Shown in pieces: positions 37,447 to 47,594 of a stretch of DNA of 64,000 nt. The notes under the pieces were generated by a model, which saw nothing but the letters and a program-made list of their open reading frames with translations, did no database searches and was not told the DNA's origin. The first letter of the stretch is position 1. Each line of letters starts with the position of its first letter. This DNA is from Thermoproteota archaeon. Lineage in GTDB: Archaea; Korarchaeota; Korarchaeia; Korarchaeales; JAOZGB01. The stretch spans positions 21,074-85,073 of the forward strand of contig JAVCBU010000016.1 of NCBI GenBank assembly GCA_037917685.1. Direction: 5' to 3'. The position numbers were made by a program, and so were the translations under genes.

Positions 37447-37482
37447 TTTCAGAAATTTCATAAATTATTGAAGAATATGAAA
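37447..37482. promoter_or_regulatory. Nested palindromic operator upstream of the GbsR/MarR gene
   Basis: TTCA at 37448 and 37457 pair with TGAA at 37478 and 37469 about one centre (37464/37465), 12 bp before the ATG. Confidence 0.6.
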
Positions 37483-37493
37483 TGGTGTTCTAG

Positions 37494-37982
37494 ATGAGCA
37501 AAATAGTGGACGCGAAAGAAAGACTTATAGAAGCCTTCGGCAGAGTCTTCAAAGAATGGGGATTCGGATTCACATCTGGAGTAATATTTGGAACATTATA
37601 CCTCTCAGAAAAGCCATTGACAATGGATGAAATAGCAGGTGAAACAGGCTACAGTCTCACATCGGTACACAACTCCCTTAGAATACTGTTAAGACTCGGC
37701 CTCATCACCAGGCGTAGAATCGCAGGCCTTAGAAAAGCAAAATTTAAACCTATAGAGAGCGAGAGACATCTGATCTCCCTATTCATGAACAAGGTGAAGG
37801 AGAACATTAAAATAATGATCTCAGCAACCGAGTACACTATTAACCTCCTCAAAAACGATGACAGCGAAATTGGAAGATTCTGCCTTAAAAGGGCTGAGCG
37901 GCTGAACAGGTTCTACAGATTCCTTTCCCAGAAGGTGGATGAAGCTGAGAGAAGTATGGAGGTGGACAAGATTGAATGGTAA
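37494..37982 (+). CDS. GbsR/MarR-family transcriptional regulator (COG1510-like)
   Basis: WGF..G.IFGTLYLSEKPLTMDEIA..TGYS..SV. Confidence 0.85.
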   Translation: MSKIVDAKERLIEAFGRVFKEWGFGFTSGVIFGTLYLSEKPLTMDEIAGETGYSLTSVHNSLRILLRLGLITRRRIAGLRKAKFKPIESERHLISLFMNKVKENIKIMISATEYTINLLKNDDSEIGRFCLKRAERLNRFYRFLSQKVDEAERSMEVDKIEW

Positions 37983-39786
37983 ACGGGTAATTTCTGCTAC
38001 AATACTGTTAGTATTGCTGGTTCTACCCATACCAACCCTAGTTTCATCAGGGTTAAGCGTATACGATGTCTACTGGGAAACCCCCGGCTATACGGCATAT
38101 CCAGGTCAGACTGCACCTCTAAAAGTTATCCTGATAAACTCTGAGTTCTACCTAGCCCAGATAAAAGCGGTACTAGAGCTTAATGGTGTCCCGATAAGTG
38201 CCGTAGACGGGTCTAAAACCGCCACTGGGATTACACCTAGGAACGTAACGCCCGGTCAGCCTTTCCAGATAACCTTCATGTTGAGGATTGATGAGAAGGC
38301 CCAGGAAGGGGTGTACAATGTAAACTTGAAGGTAGAATACCTTTATTACAGGTTGAGAGGTAAAAACTCAGGTAAAGGTAAAGACGAATTTGTACTTCCA
38401 GTCAGGATCGGGCTAAGCCAGGGAGTTTTAACGGTATCTTACTATTCAAAGCCGGGAAGACCAGGTGACACAGCAGCAATAATAGTGACGATGGAGAACA
38501 GGGGAAATCTGCCTGTCTACTCCCTAAGGGTGTCGGCATATCCCCTCTCCCCCGTCGCTGAGGTTGATCTAAGCCAGCTTATGGGCACTGAAACCGAGGA
38601 GTCAGGCCCACCAGTAGGACTCTACGGGGGGCAAAGCTTCTACTATGAGATGCTTGACCCTGGAAAGTTTGTAAGCTTTCCACTACTATTTCACATCGCT
38701 GAAACAGCAGCCCCAGGAGCTTACCCGGTTCACATCTCAGTAAGCTACATAAGAGAAAGGGGAGACCAGGTCAAGGAAGCATACAAGGCATATGTAATCG
38801 TCCTCTCACCATACGAAAAACCAGGCAAGCTGCCCGCACCAAAAGCGTACATATCAGTAGTAGGCGTAGAGCTAAGCCCTAATCCAGCTTTCACCGGCGA
38901 GCCGGTAAACCTCACTATCACATTATCCAACGAAGGAGGCACCGACGCCCTAAATACATATTTAAACCTTATGATAATCCCAGAGGAAGAGCAACAACAG
39001 GAGATGGTTGAAGTAGTGCCTGGAGTATCTATACCCACAACTACAACAAGCGAAACGAAACCTGTTGAATCACCGTTCGTGCCCTATGAATCCTCAAACA
39101 GGCTTTACATTGGAAGAATAAACACAGGCACCACACTCAACATTAGTTTCACCCTTGTCGTCAAGCCTGACGCTGAACCTAACGTATACCTGCTGCCTTT
39201 CAAGCTTGAATACGCCGACCCCATGGGTAACAAATACGAAGAAATGCACTACATCGGGGTCTACGTTGTAAGAAGAAGCATGGTTAGAGTTTACGACATC
39301 GAAACAACTCCAACGCCATTAGCAGTCGGGGAGGCCGGAGAGATTTCTGGAACAGTTGCTAACATAGGCCTAAGCGATGTTAAAGCGGTGAGCATATCAA
39401 TTCCGCAGGGACAGCCAGTAACAGCCCTGACACCCACATATATCGGCGACATAACCGCCGGGCAGGCCGGCGACTTCGTACTACCAGTATCAGTAGGCCC
39501 TGTAGAGCCTGGGCTTTACAACATTACAATCGTTGTCTCATACATGGATAGTCTAGGCGTAACACATGAAGAGACACTATCAATCCCTATAAAGGTTTCA
39601 AAATCTAAATCTACAGGTAGCGAGGGAGAGGAAGGCTTCAAATTCTCGTATAAATTGGTGATTTCAATCTCAGCCCTAGTTATAGGACTATTACTGGCTC
39701 TATCTTTCCTAAAGGGTAGGGAAAGTATTAGAACCCCACACTACGAGCCGAAGATTGATATTTCAAGCCTGGAGGGAGAGAAGTGA
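37972..39786 (+). CDS. COG1361-like S-layer/CARDB Ig-repeat membrane-anchored protein
   Basis: Signal peptide, repeated Ig-like domains, C-terminal TM; TTG 37972 after GGAGGTG preferred; typical partner of MacB-like ABC genes. Confidence 0.8.
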   Translation: MNGKRVISATILLVLLVLPIPTLVSSGLSVYDVYWETPGYTAYPGQTAPLKVILINSEFYLAQIKAVLELNGVPISAVDGSKTATGITPRNVTPGQPFQITFMLRIDEKAQEGVYNVNLKVEYLYYRLRGKNSGKGKDEFVLPVRIGLSQGVLTVSYYSKPGRPGDTAAIIVTMENRGNLPVYSLRVSAYPLSPVAEVDLSQLMGTETEESGPPVGLYGGQSFYYEMLDPGKFVSFPLLFHIAETAAPGAYPVHISVSYIRERGDQVKEAYKAYVIVLSPYEKPGKLPAPKAYISVVGVELSPNPAFTGEPVNLTITLSNEGGTDALNTYLNLMIIPEEEQQQEMVEVVPGVSIPTTTTSETKPVESPFVPYESSNRLYIGRINTGTTLNISFTLVVKPDAEPNVYLLPFKLEYADPMGNKYEEMHYIGVYVVRRSMVRVYDIETTPTPLAVGEAGEISGTVANIGLSDVKAVSISIPQGQPVTALTPTYIGDITAGQAGDFVLPVSVGPVEPGLYNITIVVSYMDSLGVTHEETLSIPIKVSKSKSTGSEGEEGFKFSYKLVISISALVIGLLLALSFLKGRESIRTPHYEPKIDISSLEGEK

Positions 39787-40949
39787 GCATCTACATGGTG
39801 TCAAGGCGGGAAATCCTGGAGAGGAAAAGCAGAAGCATGCTTACAATCCTAGGAATAGCTGTTGGTGTAGCTACGATAGTAGCCCTCCTATCCATAGGGT
39901 TCGGGATGCAGGAGCAGGTAAGAGAGTCACTAGACAAGATCCTGGGGGCGGGATTCATCGTGATAAACGAGAACCAACTCATATTTTCAACAGGCGGACA
40001 GATGGATGCAAGCCTTGCAAGGGAGATCAACAGGATAGAAGGCGTAGACGCGGCGGTTCCAATCCTTACAGAACACGTTTACATCCCTGAATACAGTATT
40101 CTCCCAATAAGTGTTATGGGGGTAGATCCAAAAGAGGCGGATAAGATATCTAATGTAGAGCTTGCCTCTGGCAGGGACTGGCTTCCAAAGGATGAAGGTA
40201 AACTTTCTGCAGTGGTAGGCTACAGCATAGCTGATGCACTAAACCTAGAGCCTGGGGACACCTTAAAGGTGAGACTTGATGTCGAAGGGGAGAAATACGT
40301 GACCTTTAAGGTAACAGCTATAGCAAAACCAACAGGCTTCGGTGACCAGGATCAGACAATATACCTGCCATACAGCTCTGTGGAAAAACTCTACGAAGAA
40401 TACGGAGAAGCTACAATGATACTTGTGAAGCTTAAGAATGAAAAGTACGCTGACTACGTAAAGGCTCAGATTGAGAAAAAGTTTAAAGGTCTAAGGGTTG
40501 TCGAGAAGAAATTCCTAATGGAAGGGGTAAGCCAGATAATGGGTACAATAAACAGTGTACTTCTAGGGCTCGGAGCCATATCCTTGCTTGTAGGGGGGCT
40601 TGGTGTGATGAACACGATCATGACCTCAGTGCTTGAGAGAACAAGGCAAATCGGAATCCTAAAGGCTATCGGGGCAAGCAGAAAGAAGATCCTAGCAATG
40701 TTCCTCTTTGAAAGCGTCCTCTTAGGCATGTTAGGTGGAGCCATAGGTTGTGTTGGAGGAATAGTGATGACGAAGATAGCCTCAATGATAATATTCAAGT
40801 GGACCGGCATATTTCTACCATTCAAGCTATACAGCTGGGTTTTCATCTTCGCCTCGGGGGTCTCGATACTTGTGAGCATCGGGGCAGGATTATACCCTTC
40901 ATATAGAGCTTCAAATCTCAGACCAGTGGAGGCGCTCCGCTATGAGTAG
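39783..40949 (+). CDS. ABC transporter permease, MacB/FtsX family
   Basis: RSMLTILGIAVGV, MTSVLERTRQIGILKAIGA, YPSYRAS..PVEALRYE. Confidence 0.92.
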   Translation: MSIYMVSRREILERKSRSMLTILGIAVGVATIVALLSIGFGMQEQVRESLDKILGAGFIVINENQLIFSTGGQMDASLAREINRIEGVDAAVPILTEHVYIPEYSILPISVMGVDPKEADKISNVELASGRDWLPKDEGKLSAVVGYSIADALNLEPGDTLKVRLDVEGEKYVTFKVTAIAKPTGFGDQDQTIYLPYSSVEKLYEEYGEATMILVKLKNEKYADYVKAQIEKKFKGLRVVEKKFLMEGVSQIMGTINSVLLGLGAISLLVGGLGVMNTIMTSVLERTRQIGILKAIGASRKKILAMFLFESVLLGMLGGAIGCVGGIVMTKIASMIIFKWTGIFLPFKLYSWVFIFASGVSILVSIGAGLYPSYRASNLRPVEALRYE

Positions 40950-41643
40950 GCCAGCCGTTGAACTAAGAAAAGTATACAAAGTCTACTTGCTAGGAAAGGT
41001 TAAAGTCGTAGCCCTAAGGAACATAAACCTCAAAATAATGCCTGGAGAGTTCGTAGCCATTATGGGGGTGTCAGGCAGCGGGAAAACCACACTCCTAAAC
41101 ATAATAGGAGGCATTGATAGGCCGACATATGGGGATGTGCTAATAGACGGAGTCAATACAATATATCTTAGCGAGGACGAGCTTGCAAGCCTCAGGGCGA
41201 AGAAGATAGGATTTGTCTTCCAGTTCTTCAACCTTATACCTGTCCTGAACGCTCTTGAAAATGTGATGCTTCCAATGAGCTTCAACGGGGGCCTTTCGAA
41301 AGCCGAGATGCGGGCTAGGGCTAAGATGTTGCTAAACCTTGTAGGGCTTGGTGACAGGCTGTACCACAAGCCGACAGAGCTTAGTGGTGGGCAAAGCCAG
41401 AGAGTAGCGATTGCAAGGGCCCTAGCCAACAACCCTGCAATAGTCCTCGCAGACGAACCAACTGGAAACCTAGACTCCAAGTCAGGCAAGGAGATAATGA
41501 ATCTTATGAAGAAGCTTAACAAGGAGCGAGGCCAAACCTTCATCGTTGTAACCCATGACCTTGAAGTTGCCAGCTACGCAGAAAGGATAATAAGGGTTAG
41601 GGATGGGAGAATAATCGAGGATAAAAGGAATATTAAAAGATGA
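40942..41643 (+). CDS. ABC transporter ATP-binding protein (LolD/MacB type)
   Basis: GVSGSGKT, LSGGQ, ADEPTGNLD, VTHD. Confidence 0.95.
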   Translation: MSRPAVELRKVYKVYLLGKVKVVALRNINLKIMPGEFVAIMGVSGSGKTTLLNIIGGIDRPTYGDVLIDGVNTIYLSEDELASLRAKKIGFVFQFFNLIPVLNALENVMLPMSFNGGLSKAEMRARAKMLLNLVGLGDRLYHKPTELSGGQSQRVAIARALANNPAIVLADEPTGNLDSKSGKEIMNLMKKLNKERGQTFIVVTHDLEVASYAERIIRVRDGRIIEDKRNIKR

Positions 41644-41676
41644 AAGCTTAAGGCTGAAACCCTGTAGTTTTAAACT

Positions 41677-44193
41677 GTGAAGGTACCCCTACCCCTGTTT
41701 TTAATCCTTCTCCTATACCCCATAATCCCCACGAATCAGGCTTTAACTGTTTCCTACGGCGGCTTCGAAGTTACCTTTACAAGGCAGGGGGCTGTAGAAA
41801 GCATTAAGTGTAACGGTACAGAGCTACTAACAAATGTAGGCATTGGTATATGGGGTCCTGGCTGGTCCAGCTTCCACCATCAGGCGTGGATGGACGGCGA
41901 CTCCTGGCTTGAGGATAAAGGAGAACTAAAAATACTACACTCAACCTTCAACTTTAGGGATGGAGGACTATACCTCGAGGGAACAGCAGATATAGAAGTG
42001 TGGAAGCATGGAATAATATTCTTTAATGTTTCCGTAAGCTATTCAAAGAATGCAGAGTCGGTTGCATGGGGAGGGTGGGGGCTACCCACAGGCCTCTATA
42101 GGGGGCTAAATATCCACATCTACAATGTTACTTACGGACCCTACATAGTCGAACTCCCTTATAGCCTGACCACCCCCTATATCTGCTACGACGAGTCTGC
42201 AGTACAGTTTAGCCTGAAATACGGGGATATAGAAGTCTCAGTTGTCCAGCTTAACCTTACACTACCACCACTAAGCATCGACGATGAAAGAGCCTGGGGA
42301 GGATCAGAGTATGGGTTTAAGTGGCATATAGGCGGTAAGGCTTCTGGTGAACGGTTCTCTACACGATGGAAAGCCAAGTTCGAAGCAGCCATACTTGTCG
42401 GCAGCGACGCAGCCAGCAAGTCCGAGGTTCTAAGGCTGTACAGAACTCTAAACATGATCTCTCACGCCTGGCCTGAGCTTAGGGACGAATGTGAACAGAT
42501 GCGCACCAGCATAGCTAGGGGGAAACTTCAGGATGCTCGTACCATCTTTAACCTGAGTATTGAGAACATTAGAAAAGCCAGGACTACCCCCAGGGGATAC
42601 TGCTTTTCGAAGCTTAGATCCGATGATGGAAAAATCGTTGAGGAGGACGGTACACCCATAATTCTAAGAGGCATCGACTATTCAGGGCTGGAATGGGGTT
42701 TTTTGCACCAGTCACCCGGAGACTTTTCATGGATGGCCTCTAAGGGCTTTAACGTCCTTAGGCTTCCAGTTTCGATGGGATACCTTATACCTGAGAAGGG
42801 GCGTGTAAATAGGGACTATCTAAACCATGTCATAACAGTTTTCTACTGGGCGAAAGCCTACGGCCTATACATTGTTCTAGATATACATCAGTGGAGATGG
42901 AGCCCAGCATACGGTGGCTGTGGGCTTCCAGACTGGCTTGTACCCTACACAGGGGACTACCATGATGCTTCTGGAGAATTTTTCAGTAACAGCGAGTACT
43001 GGCAGTACCTGGCGGACGCATGGAAAATCTACGCAGGGGTTTTCGGCGGTGACCCCGCGCTAGCCGGCTACGACATCTTTAATGAGCCCATGCCATCCCA
43101 AATTCTACCTACAGACGAGCTTTCAGAAATACTGCCGGAATTCTACAGTTATATGGCTTCGGAGATAAGGAAACTTGACCCAGGGGCCATGGTTTTTATA
43201 AACCCGGTTTGGGGCGGTGAAAAGGGGACACCAGCCCATATAAACGTGGAAAACTCGGTGCTAGACGTTCATCTATACCCTGGAAACACGTGGGATGGTG
43301 TAACGGGGTATGAGTATACATCAAGGCGTGAGATAGAGCAGCTTGTAGAATATTGGATAGACTACGCCCGAAAACAAGGTGTCCCCCTTTGGATAGGGGA
43401 ATTTGGATGCGGATCGCAAGCGTATAACGCCTCAGGATTCATATATGATTTCCTACAGGTTCTTGAGGAAAACGGTCTAGGATATGCCTACTGGACTTAC
43501 GGATACGGGGACATAGGATACGCCTTGAAGACTTCTACAGGGGAGGAGAAGAAGCATATAACAGATCTATTCGACCGTATAAACGTATTATCAGGAGCTC
43601 TGCAGGCAAGTGAAACCTATATTCCGGGAACTGGCTGCTACCAAGCAAGTGTTAAATTAAGCGGTGAAAAACTTGTCTTAAGGGTTTCACATAGAAACCT
43701 AGCTATTCTGCCGTCAAGATACATCGTAAAATGCACCCCCAACCCCATAGACATATTCTTAAACACGGAAAACGGCACAATAGTATTCAAATTTGACACC
43801 CGCTCTGTCAGGATAGCTGTGGAAGAGAGGTCTTCACCTAGAGTTGTAGGAATTCTCGCAAACAACATAGACTGGAACCTTACGGGAACACACCTTAAAG
43901 AAAATCTAGAAGGAAGATACTTCAATGTCGAAAGGATAAGCATAAGAGAATATGAGCAGCGAACCTATCAGTGTCTAATAATCCTAGGTGGACCACTAGC
44001 CCCGGAGGGAATAGGAGAAATCGTAAGAAGCATAGCCACAACGCAGGACATCGAAAGGATGATGCAAGGAAGCATAGTTGTAAAATGGGTTACCGGCAAA
44101 CTTGTTATCATAGTCTCCGGAAGAGACAGAAATCAAACATCAACGCTTGCAAGCAATGTCCAGAAAATAGCAGGGCTCCTTATGACGGGATAG
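41677..44193 (+). CDS. Secreted multidomain glycoside hydrolase family 5 with C-terminal S-layer-like domain
   Basis: FNVLRLP, LDIHQ, YDIFNEP (acid/base), HLY, WIGEFG (nucleophile); C-terminal ILANNID..ILGGP.A..G.DR..T. Confidence 0.85.
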   Translation: MKVPLPLFLILLLYPIIPTNQALTVSYGGFEVTFTRQGAVESIKCNGTELLTNVGIGIWGPGWSSFHHQAWMDGDSWLEDKGELKILHSTFNFRDGGLYLEGTADIEVWKHGIIFFNVSVSYSKNAESVAWGGWGLPTGLYRGLNIHIYNVTYGPYIVELPYSLTTPYICYDESAVQFSLKYGDIEVSVVQLNLTLPPLSIDDERAWGGSEYGFKWHIGGKASGERFSTRWKAKFEAAILVGSDAASKSEVLRLYRTLNMISHAWPELRDECEQMRTSIARGKLQDARTIFNLSIENIRKARTTPRGYCFSKLRSDDGKIVEEDGTPIILRGIDYSGLEWGFLHQSPGDFSWMASKGFNVLRLPVSMGYLIPEKGRVNRDYLNHVITVFYWAKAYGLYIVLDIHQWRWSPAYGGCGLPDWLVPYTGDYHDASGEFFSNSEYWQYLADAWKIYAGVFGGDPALAGYDIFNEPMPSQILPTDELSEILPEFYSYMASEIRKLDPGAMVFINPVWGGEKGTPAHINVENSVLDVHLYPGNTWDGVTGYEYTSRREIEQLVEYWIDYARKQGVPLWIGEFGCGSQAYNASGFIYDFLQVLEENGLGYAYWTYGYGDIGYALKTSTGEEKKHITDLFDRINVLSGALQASETYIPGTGCYQASVKLSGEKLVLRVSHRNLAILPSRYIVKCTPNPIDIFLNTENGTIVFKFDTRSVRIAVEERSSPRVVGILANNIDWNLTGTHLKENLEGRYFNVERISIREYEQRTYQCLIILGGPLAPEGIGEIVRSIATTQDIERMMQGSIVVKWVTGKLVIIVSGRDRNQTSTLASNVQKIAGLLMTG

Positions 44194-44339
44194 CCTAACG
44201 GGTTACATTAGATCTAACGTGGATTTTCAAGTTGGGGGAGAACATAGCCCTAATAAAAATTCTGTAGAGGTAGAGGGTACGTGGATGATAAGCTCATAAT
44301 CTTTAAAACATAGGCTTAACAGGTATAGCTGGAGTAGCT

Positions 44340-44981
44340 ATGAGTAAGCTTAAGGCATTTGTCAGAAACTACGATGATAAAAGCGATGACGATGGCTTTC
44401 AGTTCGTATTCTACTGCGACAGGTGTGGAAGTGGGTACATAAGTCAGTACAAGAAGTACAGCCTTGCTAAGGTTCACAAAGCCCTAAGCTTTGCTGGTAG
44501 CCTGCTTGGCGGGGTCTTCGACTCTGGAGCTTCAGCGATTAGCCAGGTTAGAGACTACAGGTGGCATGAGGAGCATGACAAAGCTTTCTTCGAGGCTATG
44601 GAGGAGGCCAAGCCGCACTTCCACCAGTGTCCATCCTGCAAGAAATATGTCTGTGGAAACTGCTGGAATGACGAGGTATGCCTCTGCGCCGACTGTGCGC
44701 CAAGATTAACTGTGGAAGCTGCGAAGATACAGACCCAGGCGAAAGTGCAAGCTGTACAAAAGGTTGTAGAGGAGAAGGCTAAATCCGGGGAATACCTTGG
44801 CGAGGCCGCACTGGCAACTGAGACCATGGTCACATGTCCAAGATGTGGTAAGCTTACAAGGCCTGGGAGGTTCTGTGAGATGTGTGGTGCTCCGTTAGGC
44901 AGAAGGACATGTCCAAACTGTGGAGCTGAGGTTTCGCCAAACGCCAGATTCTGCTCTAACTGCGGAGCCAGACTCACATAG
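44340..44981 (+). CDS. Multi-zinc-ribbon (DZR) protein
   Basis: GFQFVFYCDRC, CPSC..CGNCW..CADC, C-terminal double zinc ribbon. Confidence 0.8.
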   Translation: MSKLKAFVRNYDDKSDDDGFQFVFYCDRCGSGYISQYKKYSLAKVHKALSFAGSLLGGVFDSGASAISQVRDYRWHEEHDKAFFEAMEEAKPHFHQCPSCKKYVCGNCWNDEVCLCADCAPRLTVEAAKIQTQAKVQAVQKVVEEKAKSGEYLGEAALATETMVTCPRCGKLTRPGRFCEMCGAPLGRRTCPNCGAEVSPNARFCSNCGARLT

Positions 44982-44990
44982 GGGGGAAAG

Positions 44991-45347
44991 ATGGGAGAAG
45001 TAGAAAGGCTGGTGGAGGAGAAGAAGGCGATTGAACGGCAGATTGAAAAGCTCAAAAGCCTGACGGAGAAGGGAGTTAAATGGGAGGTTGTAAGGCCGAA
45101 GATCGAGGAGCTGGAGGGCAAACTAAGAAGGATCGAGGAAGAGATAGTTAATAAGACAATCGGCTACGACGAGATAAAAGTACTGGAAGCTGAAAGGAGC
45201 AAGATTCTAGAAAAGATGAGGAAGCTTGACGAGATGAAACGGAAAGGGGAGATATCAGGTAAGGTCTACAAGGAGATGAAGGAAAGGCTTGAAAACGAGC
45301 TTGAAATAGTGGAAAAAAGAATAGTGGAGGCAAAGCTCAGCCTCTAA
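44991..45347 (+). CDS. Coiled-coil protein with SHOCT/CdvA-tail-like GEIS..VY motif
   Basis: Lys/Glu heptads; SD GGGGGA; 9 bp after the DZR gene. Confidence 0.65.
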   Translation: MGEVERLVEEKKAIERQIEKLKSLTEKGVKWEVVRPKIEELEGKLRRIEEEIVNKTIGYDEIKVLEAERSKILEKMRKLDEMKRKGEISGKVYKEMKERLENELEIVEKRIVEAKLSL

Positions 45348-45349
45348 TC

Positions 45350-45790
45350 CTACACGTACTGCCTGCAGTTGTCACACCACCATCTTTCATATTCCTTTAT
45401 ATAGCGTAGCGGCCCACCACACCTTGGACACCTGGGAGCAGCCTCTGTAGGCCTTGGAGCAGCGTAGGTAGGAGCGGGGGTTGGTGTAGCAGGGAAGACC
45501 GCAGCCTCCGAAAGTTCAAATTCCAAGCCTCCAGTTATCTTAGCAGTAATATTATAGAGCAGTGCATATATCACGGCAATTATAGCGGCTAATGTCCCTC
45601 CAACTATCCCGCCTGCGACAGCCCCTACCGCACCATAACCCACAGCAATTCCTGGGAGCCCATATGCAGCAATCCCCGCTGCTGTTATAAGGGCGTATAG
45701 CCCACCCACTATCAATCCTATGATAAGCCCTAGGACGAATGTTACCTTAAATACGGAGCCGAGGGAGATATTAGTGAGCTTGTACCTCAT
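45350..45790 (-). CDS. Two-TM (DUF3566-like) protein with C-terminal zinc ribbon
   Basis: ISLGSVFKV..LYN..A..TGGLE, Pro-rich linker, CPRCGGPL..WWCDNC. Confidence 0.75.
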   Translation of the reverse strand: MRYKLTNISLGSVFKVTFVLGLIIGLIVGGLYALITAAGIAAYGLPGIAVGYGAVGAVAGGIVGGTLAAIIAVIYALLYNITAKITGGLEFELSEAAVFPATPTPAPTYAAPRPTEAAPRCPRCGGPLRYIKEYERWWCDNCRQYV

Positions 45791-45957
45791 ATATCATCGT
45801 CCACCAAGAGTACACTATGCTTATTAAGATTTCCATTCCAATTCTCCAGATCGCCAGGGTTAAAAGAAGTACCTGGATCCGATGCGGCTATAGAAGCCAA
45901 GTGGGATCCAAGTGAAAGCAACATCCCAAAATAGACCTCCCCCAACAAAATCAAATC

Positions 45958-46461
45958 TCACGTTACCCTACCAAGGGCTGAAACGGCTTCCTCCATCAGG
46001 CACACTGGAAAGTTGCTAACACCCACAGCCCTTATTTTCCCATCCCTCACGAGTTCCCTCATGGCTTTCATGGTGTCTCTAACGGGGAAGTAGCAGTAAG
46101 GCCAGTGTACCTGGTATAGGTCAACATAGCTTGTCCCAAGCCTTTTAAGGCTGCCCTTCAAAGCCTTAAATATATCCCTATAGCCGAGATGCCTTGGTGA
46201 TATCTTCGTAGCAATCACCACCTCTTCTCTAAAGTCCCTAACCGCCTCTCCAACCATCTTCTCTGATAATCCACCGCCGTAGGCTTCAGCGGTGTCTATA
46301 AAGTTGATACCATTGCTAAATGCTTCCCTAACTGCTTCAATAGCATCTTCCCTTGTAAAATCTCTGCCATAGCCCCAGCCTTCGGTTCCAAACTGCCACG
46401 TCCCGATTCCAACAGTGGAAATCTTGATATCTGTACGGCCTAGCCTAACGTAATCCGTCAC
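45958..46461 (-). pseudogene. 3'-truncated aldo/keto reductase
   Basis: GIGTWQ, IDTAEAYG, IATK, LYQVHWP and GVSNF present; stops at 167 aa before NQVEY, with no AKR-like continuation in any frame. Confidence 0.75.
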
Positions 46462-46534
46462 ATTTTATAGTTGTGTGGAGAATATTAAAGATAGCCGGTT
46501 GCAAATGGAAGGCAAGCAGCGTTCAAATCACAGC

Positions 46535-47554
46535 ATGACACGCCAGCCCACGGTAAGGGAGGCCCTACTCTGGAGCTCCCTCGGAGATAGTGTTAGGTGC
46601 GGGGTTTGCGAGAGGGCATGCGTAATCCATGTTGGCGCGCGCGGTTTCTGTGGGACAAGGGCTAACATCGACGGAAAACTTTATACGCTGGTCTACGGTG
46701 ATCTGAGCGCCATGGAAAGCAGGCCCATAGAGATAAAACCCTTCTACCATTACTACCCCGGCACCAGGGCTATGACCATCTCAACCTGGGGTTGCAATTT
46801 TAAGTGTCCATGGTGTCAAAACTTTCATCTAAGCATGGCTAAACCCATGCCTGAAAAGGCCTTGTATACCAGTCCTGAACATGTTGTCAGGCAAGCCATC
46901 CTCAGCGGGGACAGGGGCGTCTGTGTCAGTTTTAACGAGCCGACGCTTCTATTCGAGTATAATCTTGAACTGTTTAGGCTTGCGAGAGAAAAGGGCCTAT
47001 ACTCCTGTATGGTTTCAAATGGGTATATGAGTGTTGAAGCCTTAAAGATGATGATAGAAGCCGGCCTAACAGGGCTGAAAATAGATGTTAAAGGGGGAGA
47101 AGACTCCTACCGAAGGTATATCCAGGGAGCAAACCATGAAATACCTTGGAGAAACGCCTCACTGGCTTTGAAACAAGGTGTCCACGTGGAAATAGTATAC
47201 CTTATGGTTCCAGGGGTCAACGACGGCGTAGATACCGTGGAGGAGACTATTGATAAACATCTTAAAACGCTTGGGCCGGAGGTTCCATTACACTTCACAA
47301 GGTACTACCCTGCATACAAGTATACGGAGCCGCCTACACCTGTAGAAAAGCTTGAATATGCTGTGGAGAAGGCGTATGAAAGGAGTTTGGACTATGTTTA
47401 TATCGGGAATGTCCCTGGCCACCGCTATGAGAGTACATACTGTCCAAACTGCGGCTACAAGGTTATAGCAAGGTACGGTTTAAGGGTTAAAGTCCGGCTA
47501 GAGGATAGTAGATGTCCGAGTTGCGGCTATGAGATACCATTATTCCAGATGTAA
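46535..47554 (+). CDS. amrS: AmmeMemoRadiSam system radical SAM enzyme
   Basis: C..C...C..GFCGTR.N, PIEIKPFYHYYPG, CNFKCPWCQN, SFNEP, PLHFTRYYP, YIGNV. Confidence 0.9.
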   Translation: MTRQPTVREALLWSSLGDSVRCGVCERACVIHVGARGFCGTRANIDGKLYTLVYGDLSAMESRPIEIKPFYHYYPGTRAMTISTWGCNFKCPWCQNFHLSMAKPMPEKALYTSPEHVVRQAILSGDRGVCVSFNEPTLLFEYNLELFRLAREKGLYSCMVSNGYMSVEALKMMIEAGLTGLKIDVKGGEDSYRRYIQGANHEIPWRNASLALKQGVHVEIVYLMVPGVNDGVDTVEETIDKHLKTLGPEVPLHFTRYYPAYKYTEPPTPVEKLEYAVEKAYERSLDYVYIGNVPGHRYESTYCPNCGYKVIARYGLRVKVRLEDSRCPSCGYEIPLFQM

Positions 47555-47594
47555 ATAGGCTGGAAAGGATATGGTAGGATTCTACATTTCCGGC

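Noticed and set aside
46535-47554. Complete AmmeMemoRadiSam system
   Set aside because: Only the radical SAM gene is here; the AMMECR1 and Memo partners are not in the window and are often unlinked
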